64,000 nt of DNA, from positions 68,552 to 132,551 of the IMG/VR virus record IMGVR_UViG_3300042868_011620; one strand, 5' to 3'. The position numbers and the translations under genes are program-made. Below are positions 8,081-16,427 of the stretch, in pieces. The notes under the pieces are model-generated. The model did not search any database and had not been told where the DNA came from. It saw only the letters and a list, made by a program, of their open reading frames with translations. The stretch comes from a virus. Within the stretch, counting starts at the first letter, position 1. The number at the start of each line of letters is the position of its first letter.

Positions 8081-8157
8081 TGTAACCCGTTGAATATCAA
8101 CGAGTTACGAGAGCGGGGGGCGCAGCCGCGTAACCCCTTGATTATCAACGAGTTACG
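8081..8157. repeat. twin-palindrome element copy 10
   Basis: Dyads start at 8081 and 8129. Confidence 0.9.
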
Positions 8158-8204
8158 ACTGGCACTGTGCTGGATTTTATGTTAGCATCACTCTTATTAA
8201 GGGG

Positions 8205-8325
8205 TCGCTTATTTGCAACTTTCTCGTTTGCAAGTCTTTATTAAGAGTTCCCTTATTTGCAAGTTTCTCGTTTGCAAGCTCTTATTTGTGTTAGTCTTAT
8301 TTGCAAGTTTCTCGATTGTAAGTGT
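8205..8325 (+). repeat. cluster of TTTGCAA(C/G)T direct repeats
   Basis: About 5-6 copies at the point where gene orientation switches. Confidence 0.7.
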
Positions 8326-8452
8326 CCGATTGATGGCTTTGAACCACCTTCTCCAAAATTACTTGCTCCCTCTAGTTATTCACATTGCGCGTCCGCACGA
8401 AGGGTAATTGTGGCGCTTTAGACCAAAAATAAGCTAATCGGAAATTGTTTTG

Positions 8453-9046
8453 TTAATCATCCCAAGGGCAGATCTGCCATCCTTCCAGTTTGAAGGAGGT
8501 TCCAGTCGGTGGGCTGGAGCGCACCCACTCTTCCATTTTTTCCTTAACATGTTCTGGGATAGAGTCGCAGTCTCCTTGGAAACCCCATTCATCGTAGTTG
8601 TCTCCAGGGGGATGGTCGCTCCATCCTGCCTCATCTTGAATGTAAGTTTCTACCCATGCTCCTTGTTCGTTGCGGATGAGAAAGCCGCGATACTCACGGT
8701 TGTTTTTTTGATCTTCGCGAGCCAAGTCTGCCGCATTGTCCAGAGTGTTTTGAATGTTAATCAAAGTCTCCTCGTCCGTTTCTCCACGACGCGCTAACAA
8801 CTCTGTGGTGCCAGGAGTATCAAAGTCATCAGTGACTGAAACTGCACACACAAACGACTGTCCAGTGCAAATGATGCGCGAAGTGAGAAGTTCTTTCTTG
8901 CAAGCTCCCCAGTCAGTATCAAAAGGCAGTCCAGAAGCGATTGCCTGCATAATTTCCTCGCGTTTATCGTCATAAAAATCGGATGCGCCCCACTTGGTCA
9001 TGTCGCCCTTGTTGAACTGACTAGAGAATTCAAAATCTTCGTTCAT
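8453..9046 (-). CDS. hypothetical acidic protein
   Basis: 197-aa ORF downstream of the SprT-like gene. Confidence 0.75.
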   Translation of the reverse strand: MNEDFEFSSQFNKGDMTKWGASDFYDDKREEIMQAIASGLPFDTDWGACKKELLTSRIICTGQSFVCAVSVTDDFDTPGTTELLARRGETDEETLINIQNTLDNAADLAREDQKNNREYRGFLIRNEQGAWVETYIQDEAGWSDHPPGDNYDEWGFQGDCDSIPEHVKEKMEEWVRSSPPTGTSFKLEGWQICPWDD

Positions 9047-9081
9047 AGCTTTATTGGTGTTGGTGTTTTGTTTTAATGAGA

Positions 9082-9549
9082 TTATGCAGGAATGATCTGG
9101 AGTTTGCCAAGAGTCTCTTTACGCTTGCCAGTAACAAAGCGCAAGCCAACTTCTCTGTGCCACTTGGGCAAGCGGTGATAAGAGCCAAGCTTTTCTCCAC
9201 TCTCAGAGTTGATCATGTAATACTTGGGCTTGACGCGCACTGCCTCGCTAGTCATGTACTGCTTAGGCTCAGCACCAATCTGCACACAGATGTCTCTCCA
9301 GATTTTGCCGTGACCAACCTCGCCATGTTTGAGGTAAGCAAGAGCGTGAGCAATCTCATGCAGGATGGTATCGTGAACTTGAGCAACGCTGTTGCACTCG
9401 GTCAAGACAGAGGAGAGGTGAATTTCTTTGAGCTTGAAATAACAAGTTCCGAACACGCGCTTTTTACGAGTGAACTGGAAAGTCCAATCGGACAAACCAT
9501 AGTGGTTCATGAGATACAAGGCGTGATTTTTGGCAAGTGCTGCGTTCAT
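9082..9549 (-). CDS. SprT-like zinc metalloprotease
   Basis: HDTILHEIAHAL...HGKIW motif; upstream TTGACA-N16-TACTGT promoter. Confidence 0.85.
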   Translation of the reverse strand: MNAALAKNHALYLMNHYGLSDWTFQFTRKKRVFGTCYFKLKEIHLSSVLTECNSVAQVHDTILHEIAHALAYLKHGEVGHGKIWRDICVQIGAEPKQYMTSEAVRVKPKYYMINSESGEKLGSYHRLPKWHREVGLRFVTGKRKETLGKLQIIPA

Positions 9550-9601
9550 GTAGGTACAGTAGCAGAGGAGTTGAGGATGTCAAATAAAAATGACTAAAAA
9601 T

Positions 9602-9676
9602 TGGTGGATCTACTTGGAATCGAACCAAGATTAAAAGCTTAGAAGGCTCTTGTCTTATCCATTAGACGATAGATCC
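9602..9676 (-). tRNA. trnR: tRNA-Arg(UCU)
   Basis: Cloverleaf GGATCTA...CT-TCT-AA...GGTTCGATTCC...ACCA. Confidence 0.9.
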
Positions 9677-9831
9677 AAAGGTTTATTTGCGTTTAAATAC
9701 AGATGGTCTCTGCATAGCAATGATAGTCAAGATGAGAAGATTTACAAGCAGAATATAAGGTTGGTCCATATTATTTTTTGGTTTGGGGCAGAGAGCCACT
9801 ACACTCCCTGCCCCGTTATGTACCACTACTC

Positions 9832-10737
9832 CTACAGACTAGCAAGCACATTCAAGCCCTTGCTAGTAATTTTTCTAGTCACATCAATTCTAATGAAGTT
9901 TTTCTTCAGCAAGAAACTTTCAACATCGCGTTGCAAAGTACTGCGACTCAAACCAGTAACTGCACTAAGCATAGTCAAGGTGCAATCGCCTCTTTCTTTC
10001 AAGATGTTTAACACTTCGATTTCAGAATTGCTCAAACCATTCTTTTCAATGTTCACCAAGCTGCAAAGATCTTCCCAAGAACTAGAGTCAAAGAAACTCT
10101 GATTGTTTTTATTACAGTACCGCAAGATTTCATTTGCTCTGAGAACTGCACTGCGAGCATTGCCCCGAACGCTATCAGCAATGGTTTCGAGAACATCATC
10201 GCGAAACTCTACCCAGGAAGTTGCCACTTTGATGATCTGCGCCATCTCCCCACTACTGTATGGTTTAAAATCAATGATTGTGAATCGATCCTTCAATGGG
10301 GCGAACACTTTCTCTTGATCAGTAGTAGCAAACAAATAAGTTTGTTTGTCAAAGTTGAACTCTGCAATCTCATCATTAAAGCTGAACTCTCTCACTGCTG
10401 GGCCTTGAGTGTTAAACACAGTGAGGAAAGTCATCATTAAACTTTTGGGCAAAGCATGACACTCATCAAACAAAACTGTAACAGCTTTATTCATAATGTG
10501 CGGCACAAAGATTTGCTCGAAGAACTGATTAGAGTCTTTGATGGTGGAACAGTTAATTTCCATCATTGGTTTCTTCAGCGCCTTGGCAAAGCCTCGGCAG
10601 AATTCAGTCTTGCCCGAACCCTTCGCGCCATTCATCATGATGAAAGGAATGCGAGTGTTGGAGGTTTGACTGTCCAGATAAAAACCAAGTTGTCGTTTAA
10701 TGTGATCCTGCCCAATGAGAGAAGAGAAGTTTTCCAT
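9832..10737 (-). CDS. ruvB: RuvB-like AAA+ ATPase
   Basis: LIGQDHIK, Walker A GAKGSGKT, Walker B LFDECH, ATTD, PLKDRF, RGNAR and C-terminal winged-helix-like VESFLL. Confidence 0.75.
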   Translation of the reverse strand: MENFSSLIGQDHIKRQLGFYLDSQTSNTRIPFIMMNGAKGSGKTEFCRGFAKALKKPMMEINCSTIKDSNQFFEQIFVPHIMNKAVTVLFDECHALPKSLMMTFLTVFNTQGPAVREFSFNDEIAEFNFDKQTYLFATTDQEKVFAPLKDRFTIIDFKPYSSGEMAQIIKVATSWVEFRDDVLETIADSVRGNARSAVLRANEILRYCNKNNQSFFDSSSWEDLCSLVNIEKNGLSNSEIEVLNILKERGDCTLTMLSAVTGLSRSTLQRDVESFLLKKNFIRIDVTRKITSKGLNVLASL

Positions 10738-10787
10738 TGTAGTGTAGTGTATAGTGGAAAGGAAGGTAGCCGCACTGCGGAGGGTTG

Positions 10788-11048
10788 TCAAGCGTTTTCT
10801 AGTGGCGCATACTCATCAAAGTTTGTCACGCTAAAAGAAATCTTGCTTTCTGGTTCTTCAGACTCAACAACAGTTTTAACGAGGTTTACTTTTTGTTCAA
10901 TGCTGATGTGATTTTCGCGCAACCACATGGTAGAAACTTTCACCACTGCATTCTCTCCAACCATAGAGATTAAGTCTTGCAGTTTAATTTTGGCAAAGCT
11001 GTTGCTACCAGGAGGACGACCACGACGTTTAGGGGATTCAGTGTTCAT
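10788..11048 (-). CDS. AT-hook-containing small protein
   Basis: PKRRGRPPGS motif near the N-terminus. Confidence 0.7.
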   Translation of the reverse strand: MNTESPKRRGRPPGSNSFAKIKLQDLISMVGENAVVKVSTMWLRENHISIEQKVNLVKTVVESEEPESKISFSVTNFDEYAPLENA

Positions 11049-11227
11049 AGAGTATATATAGTATAGTAGTTTGATGTTTGTCAAGAACAGAGTGTTCGAG
11101 AAGGGAAAGTACAGCATACATGCCGCGAGTCAAGGATTTTTTTCACATTTAAATCTTTTTTTAAAAGCAAGGAGTTTTTTAGTGTAAACTCTTTTTCGGC
11201 GCGAAAAGCTGTGGGTTTGCAGACTTC

Positions 11228-11292
11228 TTTTATTTGACAAAAAGTCGTTCGTAATTAGACCCTGTTTATTTGGCAAAAAGTCGTTCGTAATT
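11228..11292 (+). repeat. direct repeat TTTATTTG(A/G)CAAAAAGTCGTTCGTAATT x2
   Basis: Two near-identical 28-mers; degenerate third copy at about 11414-11441. Confidence 0.75.
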
Positions 11293-11368
11293 TGGTACAT
11301 CATGTCGGACTCGAACCGACACTAGACAGATTTTAAGTCTGTTGCCTCTGCCATTGGGCTAATGATGC
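11293..11368 (-). tRNA. trnL: tRNA-Leu(UAA), short variable loop
   Basis: ACAGA-CT-TAA-AA-TCTGT anticodon arm, GGTTCGAGTCC T-arm, CCA end. Confidence 0.85.
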
Positions 11369-11441
11369 ATAGTGTATACTAAAGAGAGTTCAGCTCTTGT
11401 CAATGGGATTTTGTTTATTTGTCCCACTCTCTTTCGTAATT

Positions 11442-11517
11442 TGGTGGACGCACAGGGGCTCGAACCCTGGACCAAGAAATTATGAGTTTCACGCTCTAAC
11501 CGCTGAGCTATACGTCC
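11442..11517 (-). tRNA. tRNA-CAU (Ile2 or elongator Met)
   Basis: CT-CAT-AA loop, G1-C72 pair (not initiator), CCA end. Confidence 0.85.
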
Positions 11518-11659
11518 AAAGTGCTTAAAAAAGTTCTTGTTCTCTATCCTGCAAGTATTGTGTAGCGTTGAGGACTTGGTTAGTGTTAAAAAATGTTTGG
11601 ATCTTCTTTAGAAGTTTTGCCATACACTATTTTACACTGGGTGGGAGAGTTGTCCACCT

Positions 11660-11866
11660 TTACCATGTGTCATTTTTGACACACTCTATTGCGCCAAACG
11701 TTTCTGGCTCAGTTATTTTTAATTCATAAATTAAATTCTCCATCATTTTAAACGTTTCCATTCTAGTCTCGGCGCATCCTGAAAGCAAGTGCTCATCAAG
11801 CAACTCAAAAATGCGGTGAGTAAAGTTTTTTCCGCCAATTGCGCTGTAGATGTTGTGCTTTTTCAT
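11660..11866 (-). CDS. hypothetical protein
   Basis: 68-aa ORF with upstream TTGACG-N16-TATAGT. Confidence 0.65.
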   Translation of the reverse strand: MKKHNIYSAIGGKNFTHRIFELLDEHLLSGCAETRMETFKMMENLIYELKITEPETFGAIECVKNDTW

Positions 11867-11929
11867 GAGCTTATAATACTATATAGTATATATTACAAGC
11901 GTCAAGGAGTTTTGTGATGTTTTTTCAGG

Positions 11930-12180
11930 TATAGTTGTATTTAGCCTAGAGAAAAAAAACACTTTTGGCTATAAAGTTGTATTTTAGGGGGGTAAAAAGC
12001 ATACAAAACGTACTTTATGGTTCCAAACTGGTACTTTAAAGGCGAAAAGTATATGTTAGAAGCGCTAAGTCTGGCGTGAGATGGGACGAATGTCAGATTA
12101 GTATTAGTTTTTCTTATTTTAGGGGGGTAAAAACAATACTAAACCATTAAAAGTTGTATTTTAGGGGGTAAAAAGTATAC
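11930..12180 (+). repeat. AAAGTTGTATTTTAGGGGG(G)TAAAAAG direct repeats
   Basis: Full copies at about 11972 and 12149, partial copies at about 11933 and 12115, in non-coding DNA. Confidence 0.75.
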
Positions 12181-12181
12181 C

Positions 12182-12406
12182 TTAATTGTTTTTGGCCTTT
12201 TTTTCTAGTTCTTTTACATACTTTTCCCACACACCTAACTCCTCTTCTGGCTCTTTTGCCGCTGGCTTTTTGGTCAACGCCTCTACCGTTCCATTGACGA
12301 AACCCACTATGCTCATGAAAAATGTTATCGTTGCTATACCCAAAGCTACTAGGGGAGAGATAATAATGGCGATTGTTAGCGTTAAGAATTTAAAAAAGAT
12401 GTTCAT
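12182..12406 (-). CDS. small membrane protein
   Basis: Long hydrophobic N-terminal stretch and charged C-terminal tail. Confidence 0.7.
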   Translation of the reverse strand: MNIFFKFLTLTIAIIISPLVALGIATITFFMSIVGFVNGTVEALTKKPAAKEPEEELGVWEKYVKELEKKAKNN

Positions 12407-12948
12407 AAAGTATAAAAGTGCGACAAAATGTCCCAAAGTGTTGCAAAATGCGAGAAAAAGTGCTCAAAAAGGCTCATCCTAACAAGAAATGGGTTAAAAA
12501 GAGTTTTAATTCGCAGACTTCTCCTTCTCCCCTTAATATATCACCTTTTCCTCACCTCCTCAACTCTTTTCTCTTCTCTCTTTCTCCTATATTATACTAT
12601 AAGAAAGGATTGTTTCTTCTTATAAAAGAGAGGTTTTTGTTTTGTTCTTGTAGTAGGGGGTAGTTCTAAGGGAGAGGGGGATATTTTGGGGGGTTAAATT
12701 AGGGGAGAAAAGGGGTTGAGAAAGATAACGTGAGACGCCATAAAATCATCCATAAAATTGAGCATTGAAGCAATAGTTTTAGAGGCGAATTTTTAGTATA
12801 AAAAAGAGTAGTTTTGAGGCTGAGAATTGCTCTCTAGTAATAATTGTATAATAATCACTGTTTAAGCTCTAGGAATCTTTCTTGAGTACTTGCAAAAAGC
12901 TATTAATATAATTAAAAACAACTCTCTTGCCCCGAAAACTATTTGTAA

Positions 12949-13185
12949 TTACACTTTTGCTTCTTTTTCGCTATTAGTAATTTCAAAATCGTTGAAAATG
13001 TAGTCAAACAAGAATCCTTGATCTTTGTCCACCACCAAGCTAGTATTTTGAAAGCCTAATTGTTTTTCTATTAGCTCTTTGTACAGATGGTCTTGCATTT
13101 CGCTTAATTTGTAAATGATTTTTTTGCAATCATTGATTTGCATCATTTCTTCGTCAGAGTATTTGCGGTTACCAATTTGTTTCAT
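12949..13185 (-). CDS. hypothetical protein
   Basis: 78-aa ORF adjacent to the upstream gene. Confidence 0.7.
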   Translation of the reverse strand: MKQIGNRKYSDEEMMQINDCKKIIYKLSEMQDHLYKELIEKQLGFQNTSLVVDKDQGFLFDYIFNDFEITNSEKEAKV

Positions 13186-13188
13186 AAG

Positions 13189-13680
13189 TTATTTATTTTT
13201 TTGTGGTTTAATGTAAAAGTTATACCCCTTACCATTGCAAGCTGAACAACAAACTTCTGGATAGTCTTCTACTCCAGATCCATCGCAAATCGGACAGAAA
13301 TTATTCATTTCCATTAGTTCCCGTTCATAAGCATCCAATTTTGATTGTTTAACTGCATCAGACAGGCACATAAAAACCTCTTCGCCGTCAACCAAAACTT
13401 CATCATAATGATCAGGCTCCCAACGTCCTCCATTGGACATTTTGATAGTAGATCGAATCCAAACTTGTTTATTAGTAGTCTTACTCAAGATGCCACGAAC
13501 AGGAACTTCCATCATGACGGAATAATAGAAAAATTCCCTATCTGTATAAACGCCTTCTTTTAATTTTAAATTCCAGTCAGAAACCTGCTGGGCGAGATTC
13601 AAGTCTGCGTCTGTAGCAGCAAGAAACTCTTCTAATTCGCAAGATAATTGGGGCGTGTCAATGGTTTTGATTTTGATCAT
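13189..13680 (-). CDS. protein with C-terminal DnaJ-type Zn-finger repeats
   Basis: CPICDGSG...CSACNGKG; upstream TTGATT-N16-TAATCT. Confidence 0.75.
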   Translation of the reverse strand: MIKIKTIDTPQLSCELEEFLAATDADLNLAQQVSDWNLKLKEGVYTDREFFYYSVMMEVPVRGILSKTTNKQVWIRSTIKMSNGGRWEPDHYDEVLVDGEEVFMCLSDAVKQSKLDAYERELMEMNNFCPICDGSGVEDYPEVCCSACNGKGYNFYIKPQKNK

Positions 13681-13831
13681 GACTTAGATTACTGCAATTT
13701 GCGCGAGAATCAAGGGATTTTTTCTATTTTTTAAAAAACTAAATATTAATCTTCTGCTATTTGATCATCTAGTTCATCATCACTATCAGTTTCATACACT
13801 TCATCTGTGTCATCTTCGATTTCGTAAGTTA

Positions 13832-14032
13832 TCAATTTGTTTTTCTAGAATTCCAAGAGTCAAGTGCAGCTTGAAGATTGTGATGCCAAGGACCATTGCA
13901 AGCGCATTCTTCACACTCTACTCTGTATCCTCCTGGATAAGTGTGAAGCGAGATGGCTGGAGTTTCCTCGTCATTGATTTTGTCTTGATCAGTTATCCCG
14001 CAGAATGGACAGTGTTGTAATTTTTGACTCAT
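13832..14032 (-). CDS. Lar-like (restriction alleviation family) Zn-ribbon protein
   Basis: LQHCPFCG...VECEECACNGP...ALDSWNSR. Confidence 0.7.
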   Translation of the reverse strand: MSQKLQHCPFCGITDQDKINDEETPAISLHTYPGGYRVECEECACNGPWHHNLQAALDSWNSRKTN

Positions 14033-14035
14033 AAA

Positions 14036-14236
14036 TTATTCATTTTGTTTAAAGTAATCTATTGTAACATCCTCTACAAAATCGGCTACAGAATAATATA
14101 CAGAATTCCTTACAGAATCATCTACAGAATCCACTACAAAACTCCATGCAGAATTCCATCCAGAAAATTTTATACAAGTATGTATACTATTTCTTAAAGA
14201 ATCCCTTAAATCGTCGATGGCAGTATCATGTATCAT
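14036..14236 (-). CDS. SVxx-repeat array protein
   Basis: Ends IDYFKQNE. Confidence 0.8.
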   Translation of the reverse strand: MIHDTAIDDLRDSLRNSIHTCIKFSGWNSAWSFVVDSVDDSVRNSVYYSVADFVEDVTIDYFKQNE

Positions 14237-14418
14237 TTTGTTTTAAAGTAATCTTTTACAGAACTCCTTACAACATCCCATACAGAATACCTTACAGAAT
14301 CCAATATAGAATCCGATACAGAAGCCTGTACGGAACATCTCACAGGCCAATTTACAGAATAATATAAAGAATTCCTTACAGAACTCAATACGGCTTTATT
14401 AATGCTGGAGTTAATCAT
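14233..14418 (-). CDS. SVxx-repeat array protein
   Basis: Ends KDYFKTK. Confidence 0.8.
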   Translation of the reverse strand: MINSSINKAVLSSVRNSLYYSVNWPVRCSVQASVSDSILDSVRYSVWDVVRSSVKDYFKTK

Positions 14419-14422
14419 TGCT

Positions 14423-14701
14423 TTATTTTATCAGAGTTCGCAATCTATGCAACAAGTATTTTATTGGTGAAATTGGTTTTGGTTCTTCGATTGCTGGACG
14501 AGCTAAGGCATAGCCGCCAATGCGTATCAGCAATAGCATATCATTGTGGTATTCCGCTGGAATGCCCGTAAAATCAAATGTTGCAGTTACTCCATAACCA
14601 TGTGCGGTCACATAGTTTTTTATTTTTAGAATTGGCGGGATGTCCACAGTGAATGATGGATTAGAGTCGTATATCGATATGTTTTCGGCAGTTTCAGTCA
14701 T
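14423..14701 (-). CDS. unrelated hypothetical protein inserted in the array
   Basis: No SVxx repeats; ATGA-coupled to the upstream array unit. Confidence 0.7.
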   Translation of the reverse strand: MTETAENISIYDSNPSFTVDIPPILKIKNYVTAHGYGVTATFDFTGIPAEYHNDMLLLIRIGGYALARPAIEEPKPISPIKYLLHRLRTLIK

Positions 14702-14886
14702 AATTTTTGTTTAAAGTAATCATTTACAGAAGCTTTTACAGAATCCGATACAGAATTCTTTACAGAATTCTTTACAGAATTATATACAAAAATCCTTACG
14801 GTCTCCCTCGCAGCTTTCATTACAGAATGCCATACAGCTTTCCTTACAGAATCCCATACAGCTTGACTAACGATAGAATCATTCAT
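14698..14886 (-). CDS. SVxx-repeat array protein
   Basis: SVKNSVKNSVSDSVKASVNDYFKQKL. Confidence 0.8.
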   Translation of the reverse strand: MNDSIVSQAVWDSVRKAVWHSVMKAARETVRIFVYNSVKNSVKNSVSDSVKASVNDYFKQKL

Positions 14887-15091
14887 TTTGTTTAAAGTAA
14901 TCTCTTATAGAGTCTCTTACAGTAGCTTTTATAAAATCGTTTACAGCGCTCTCTACAGAACGTACTACAGAATTATATACAGGACACCGTACAAACCCCT
15001 CTATATAATGCCATGCAGAGTCCCTTGCAGAATTTTCTACAGAATCCATTACAGACTCCAATGTATTTTCATAAACGATAGAATAATTCAT
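14879..15091 (-). CDS. SVxx-repeat array protein
   Basis: Ends RDYFKQNE. Confidence 0.8.
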   Translation of the reverse strand: MNYSIVYENTLESVMDSVENSARDSAWHYIEGFVRCPVYNSVVRSVESAVNDFIKATVRDSIRDYFKQNE

Positions 15092-15159
15092 CACTTTATT
15101 TTATCAGAGTTCGTTTGAAGTAATTTTTTATCATTTTTAATTACTGAGTAGGATTGTAT

Positions 15160-15414
15160 CTATAGTAGCTCAAGGTCTTGTGTTGTCAAGGAGTTTTGTT
15201 CAAAGTAATCTCTTGCAGAACCCCACACATCATGCCTTAGAGAGGTCTCTACATCTTCCTCTATACAATCCCATCCAAAGTCCCATACAGATCTGTCTAT
15301 GATCCTTGCAGAACGTACTATAGAATTATATACAGATTCTCCTATAGCATCATAGGCAAATTTCCATACGTAATCATCGATATTAAAATTTTTAGTGTTG
15401 TTTTTATTATTCAT
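15160..15414 (-). CDS. SVxx-repeat array protein
   Basis: RDYFEQN with a short C-terminal extension. Confidence 0.8.
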   Translation of the reverse strand: MNNKNNTKNFNIDDYVWKFAYDAIGESVYNSIVRSARIIDRSVWDFGWDCIEEDVETSLRHDVWGSARDYFEQNSLTTQDLELL

Positions 15415-15598
15415 TTTGTTTAAAGTGATCTACTACAAAATCATATACAGAATCTTTTATATTAGTCCAAACAGGATCTCCTACAGCACTCCTTGCATGA
15501 ATCCTCGCAGGCAGCTGTATATTCTCTTTTATACAATTCCACACAGAAGCTTCTACATGATCATTCTTTATAGAGCACCAATATCTTATACTATTCAT
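15407..15598 (-). CDS. SVxx-repeat array protein
   Basis: Ends DHFKQNE. Confidence 0.8.
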   Translation of the reverse strand: MNSIRYWCSIKNDHVEASVWNCIKENIQLPARIHARSAVGDPVWTNIKDSVYDFVVDHFKQNE

Positions 15599-15824
15599 TT
15601 TTTAAGCGTTTTTGTTTGAAGTACTCTACTGTAGTGTCTCTTACAGAACTCTCTACAGACCTTCCTATAGTTCGCCATACAGAATGCTCTACAGGATGCT
15701 CTACAGAATAGCTGACAGCATCCGCTATAGCATCCTCTACATAATCCTTTATCCCATCGTTTACAGAATTTCCTACAGAATGATATATAGAATACCACAC
15801 GGCAATGCTTGTATTATTATTCAT
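15591..15824 (-). CDS. SVxx-repeat array protein
   Basis: Ends EYFKQKRLKNE. Confidence 0.8.
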   Translation of the reverse strand: MNNNTSIAVWYSIYHSVGNSVNDGIKDYVEDAIADAVSYSVEHPVEHSVWRTIGRSVESSVRDTTVEYFKQKRLKNE

Positions 15825-16005
15825 TTTGTTTAAAGTAATCTATTGTAGAATCTATCACATAAATCTCTACCCAATTTACGACAGAAAACTTTGTAATATT
15901 CCATGCAGAAAGTACTATAGGGCCTCTTACAGAACTCCATATAGAACACCATGCAGAATCTTCTACAGAAATCCACGCAGCTTTATAAACAGAGAAGTTA
16001 TTCAT
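15817..16005 (-). CDS. SVxx-repeat array protein
   Basis: MNNFSV...IDYFKQNE. Confidence 0.8.
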   Translation of the reverse strand: MNNFSVYKAAWISVEDSAWCSIWSSVRGPIVLSAWNITKFSVVNWVEIYVIDSTIDYFKQNE

Positions 16006-16012
16006 TGCTTTA

Positions 16013-16228
16013 TTAATTTTCAAAGTAATCTCTTGCAGTACCGCTTGCAGCATCCCTTATTGAAACCTTTACGGAATTACCAATAACAATCCATATAGAC
16101 TCATGTACAGAAACTCTTGCAGGATTTGTTACAAAATCGAATACAGACCTCCATACTAATCTTCTTACAGAATATGTAATGCTATAACCTATATCATCTT
16201 TTATAATATGCATTACTTTATTGTTCAT
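16013..16228 (-). CDS. SVxx-repeat array protein
   Basis: MNNKV...RDYFEN. Confidence 0.8.
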   Translation of the reverse strand: MNNKVMHIIKDDIGYSITYSVRRLVWRSVFDFVTNPARVSVHESIWIVIGNSVKVSIRDAASGTARDYFEN

Positions 16229-16427
16229 TTTGTTTGAAGTAATCTCTCGTAGCATTTGCTATATCAAACCATACAGAAGCTCTTGCTTTAAAATCTCTTC
16301 CAGTAGTAAATCTTACAGTATAACTAGTAGAATTAAACAAAGAGTCCCACATAGAAGCTCTAAAACTATTCCATATCGAAATTTCTACAGAATCCTGTAC
16401 TTTTTTAGTGATAAAAAAATCATTCAT
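16218..16427 (-). CDS. SVxx-repeat array protein
   Basis: MNDFF...RDYFKQNEQ. Confidence 0.8.
   Translation of the reverse strand: MNDFFITKKVQDSVEISIWNSFRASMWDSLFNSTSYTVRFTTGRDFKARASVWFDIANATRDYFKQNEQ

Noticed and set aside
617-8157. Twin palindromes as mini-CRISPR arrays (repeat-spacer-repeat)
   Set aside because: The 19-bp linkers are too short and similar to each other, so they are not unique acquired spacers
1853-8185. Short ORFs containing LIINELR-like peptides (e.g. 1853-2128, 3240-3446, 7548-7793, 7951-8148, 7997-8185)
   Set aside because: They are translations of the palindromic element and cross terminators and promoters
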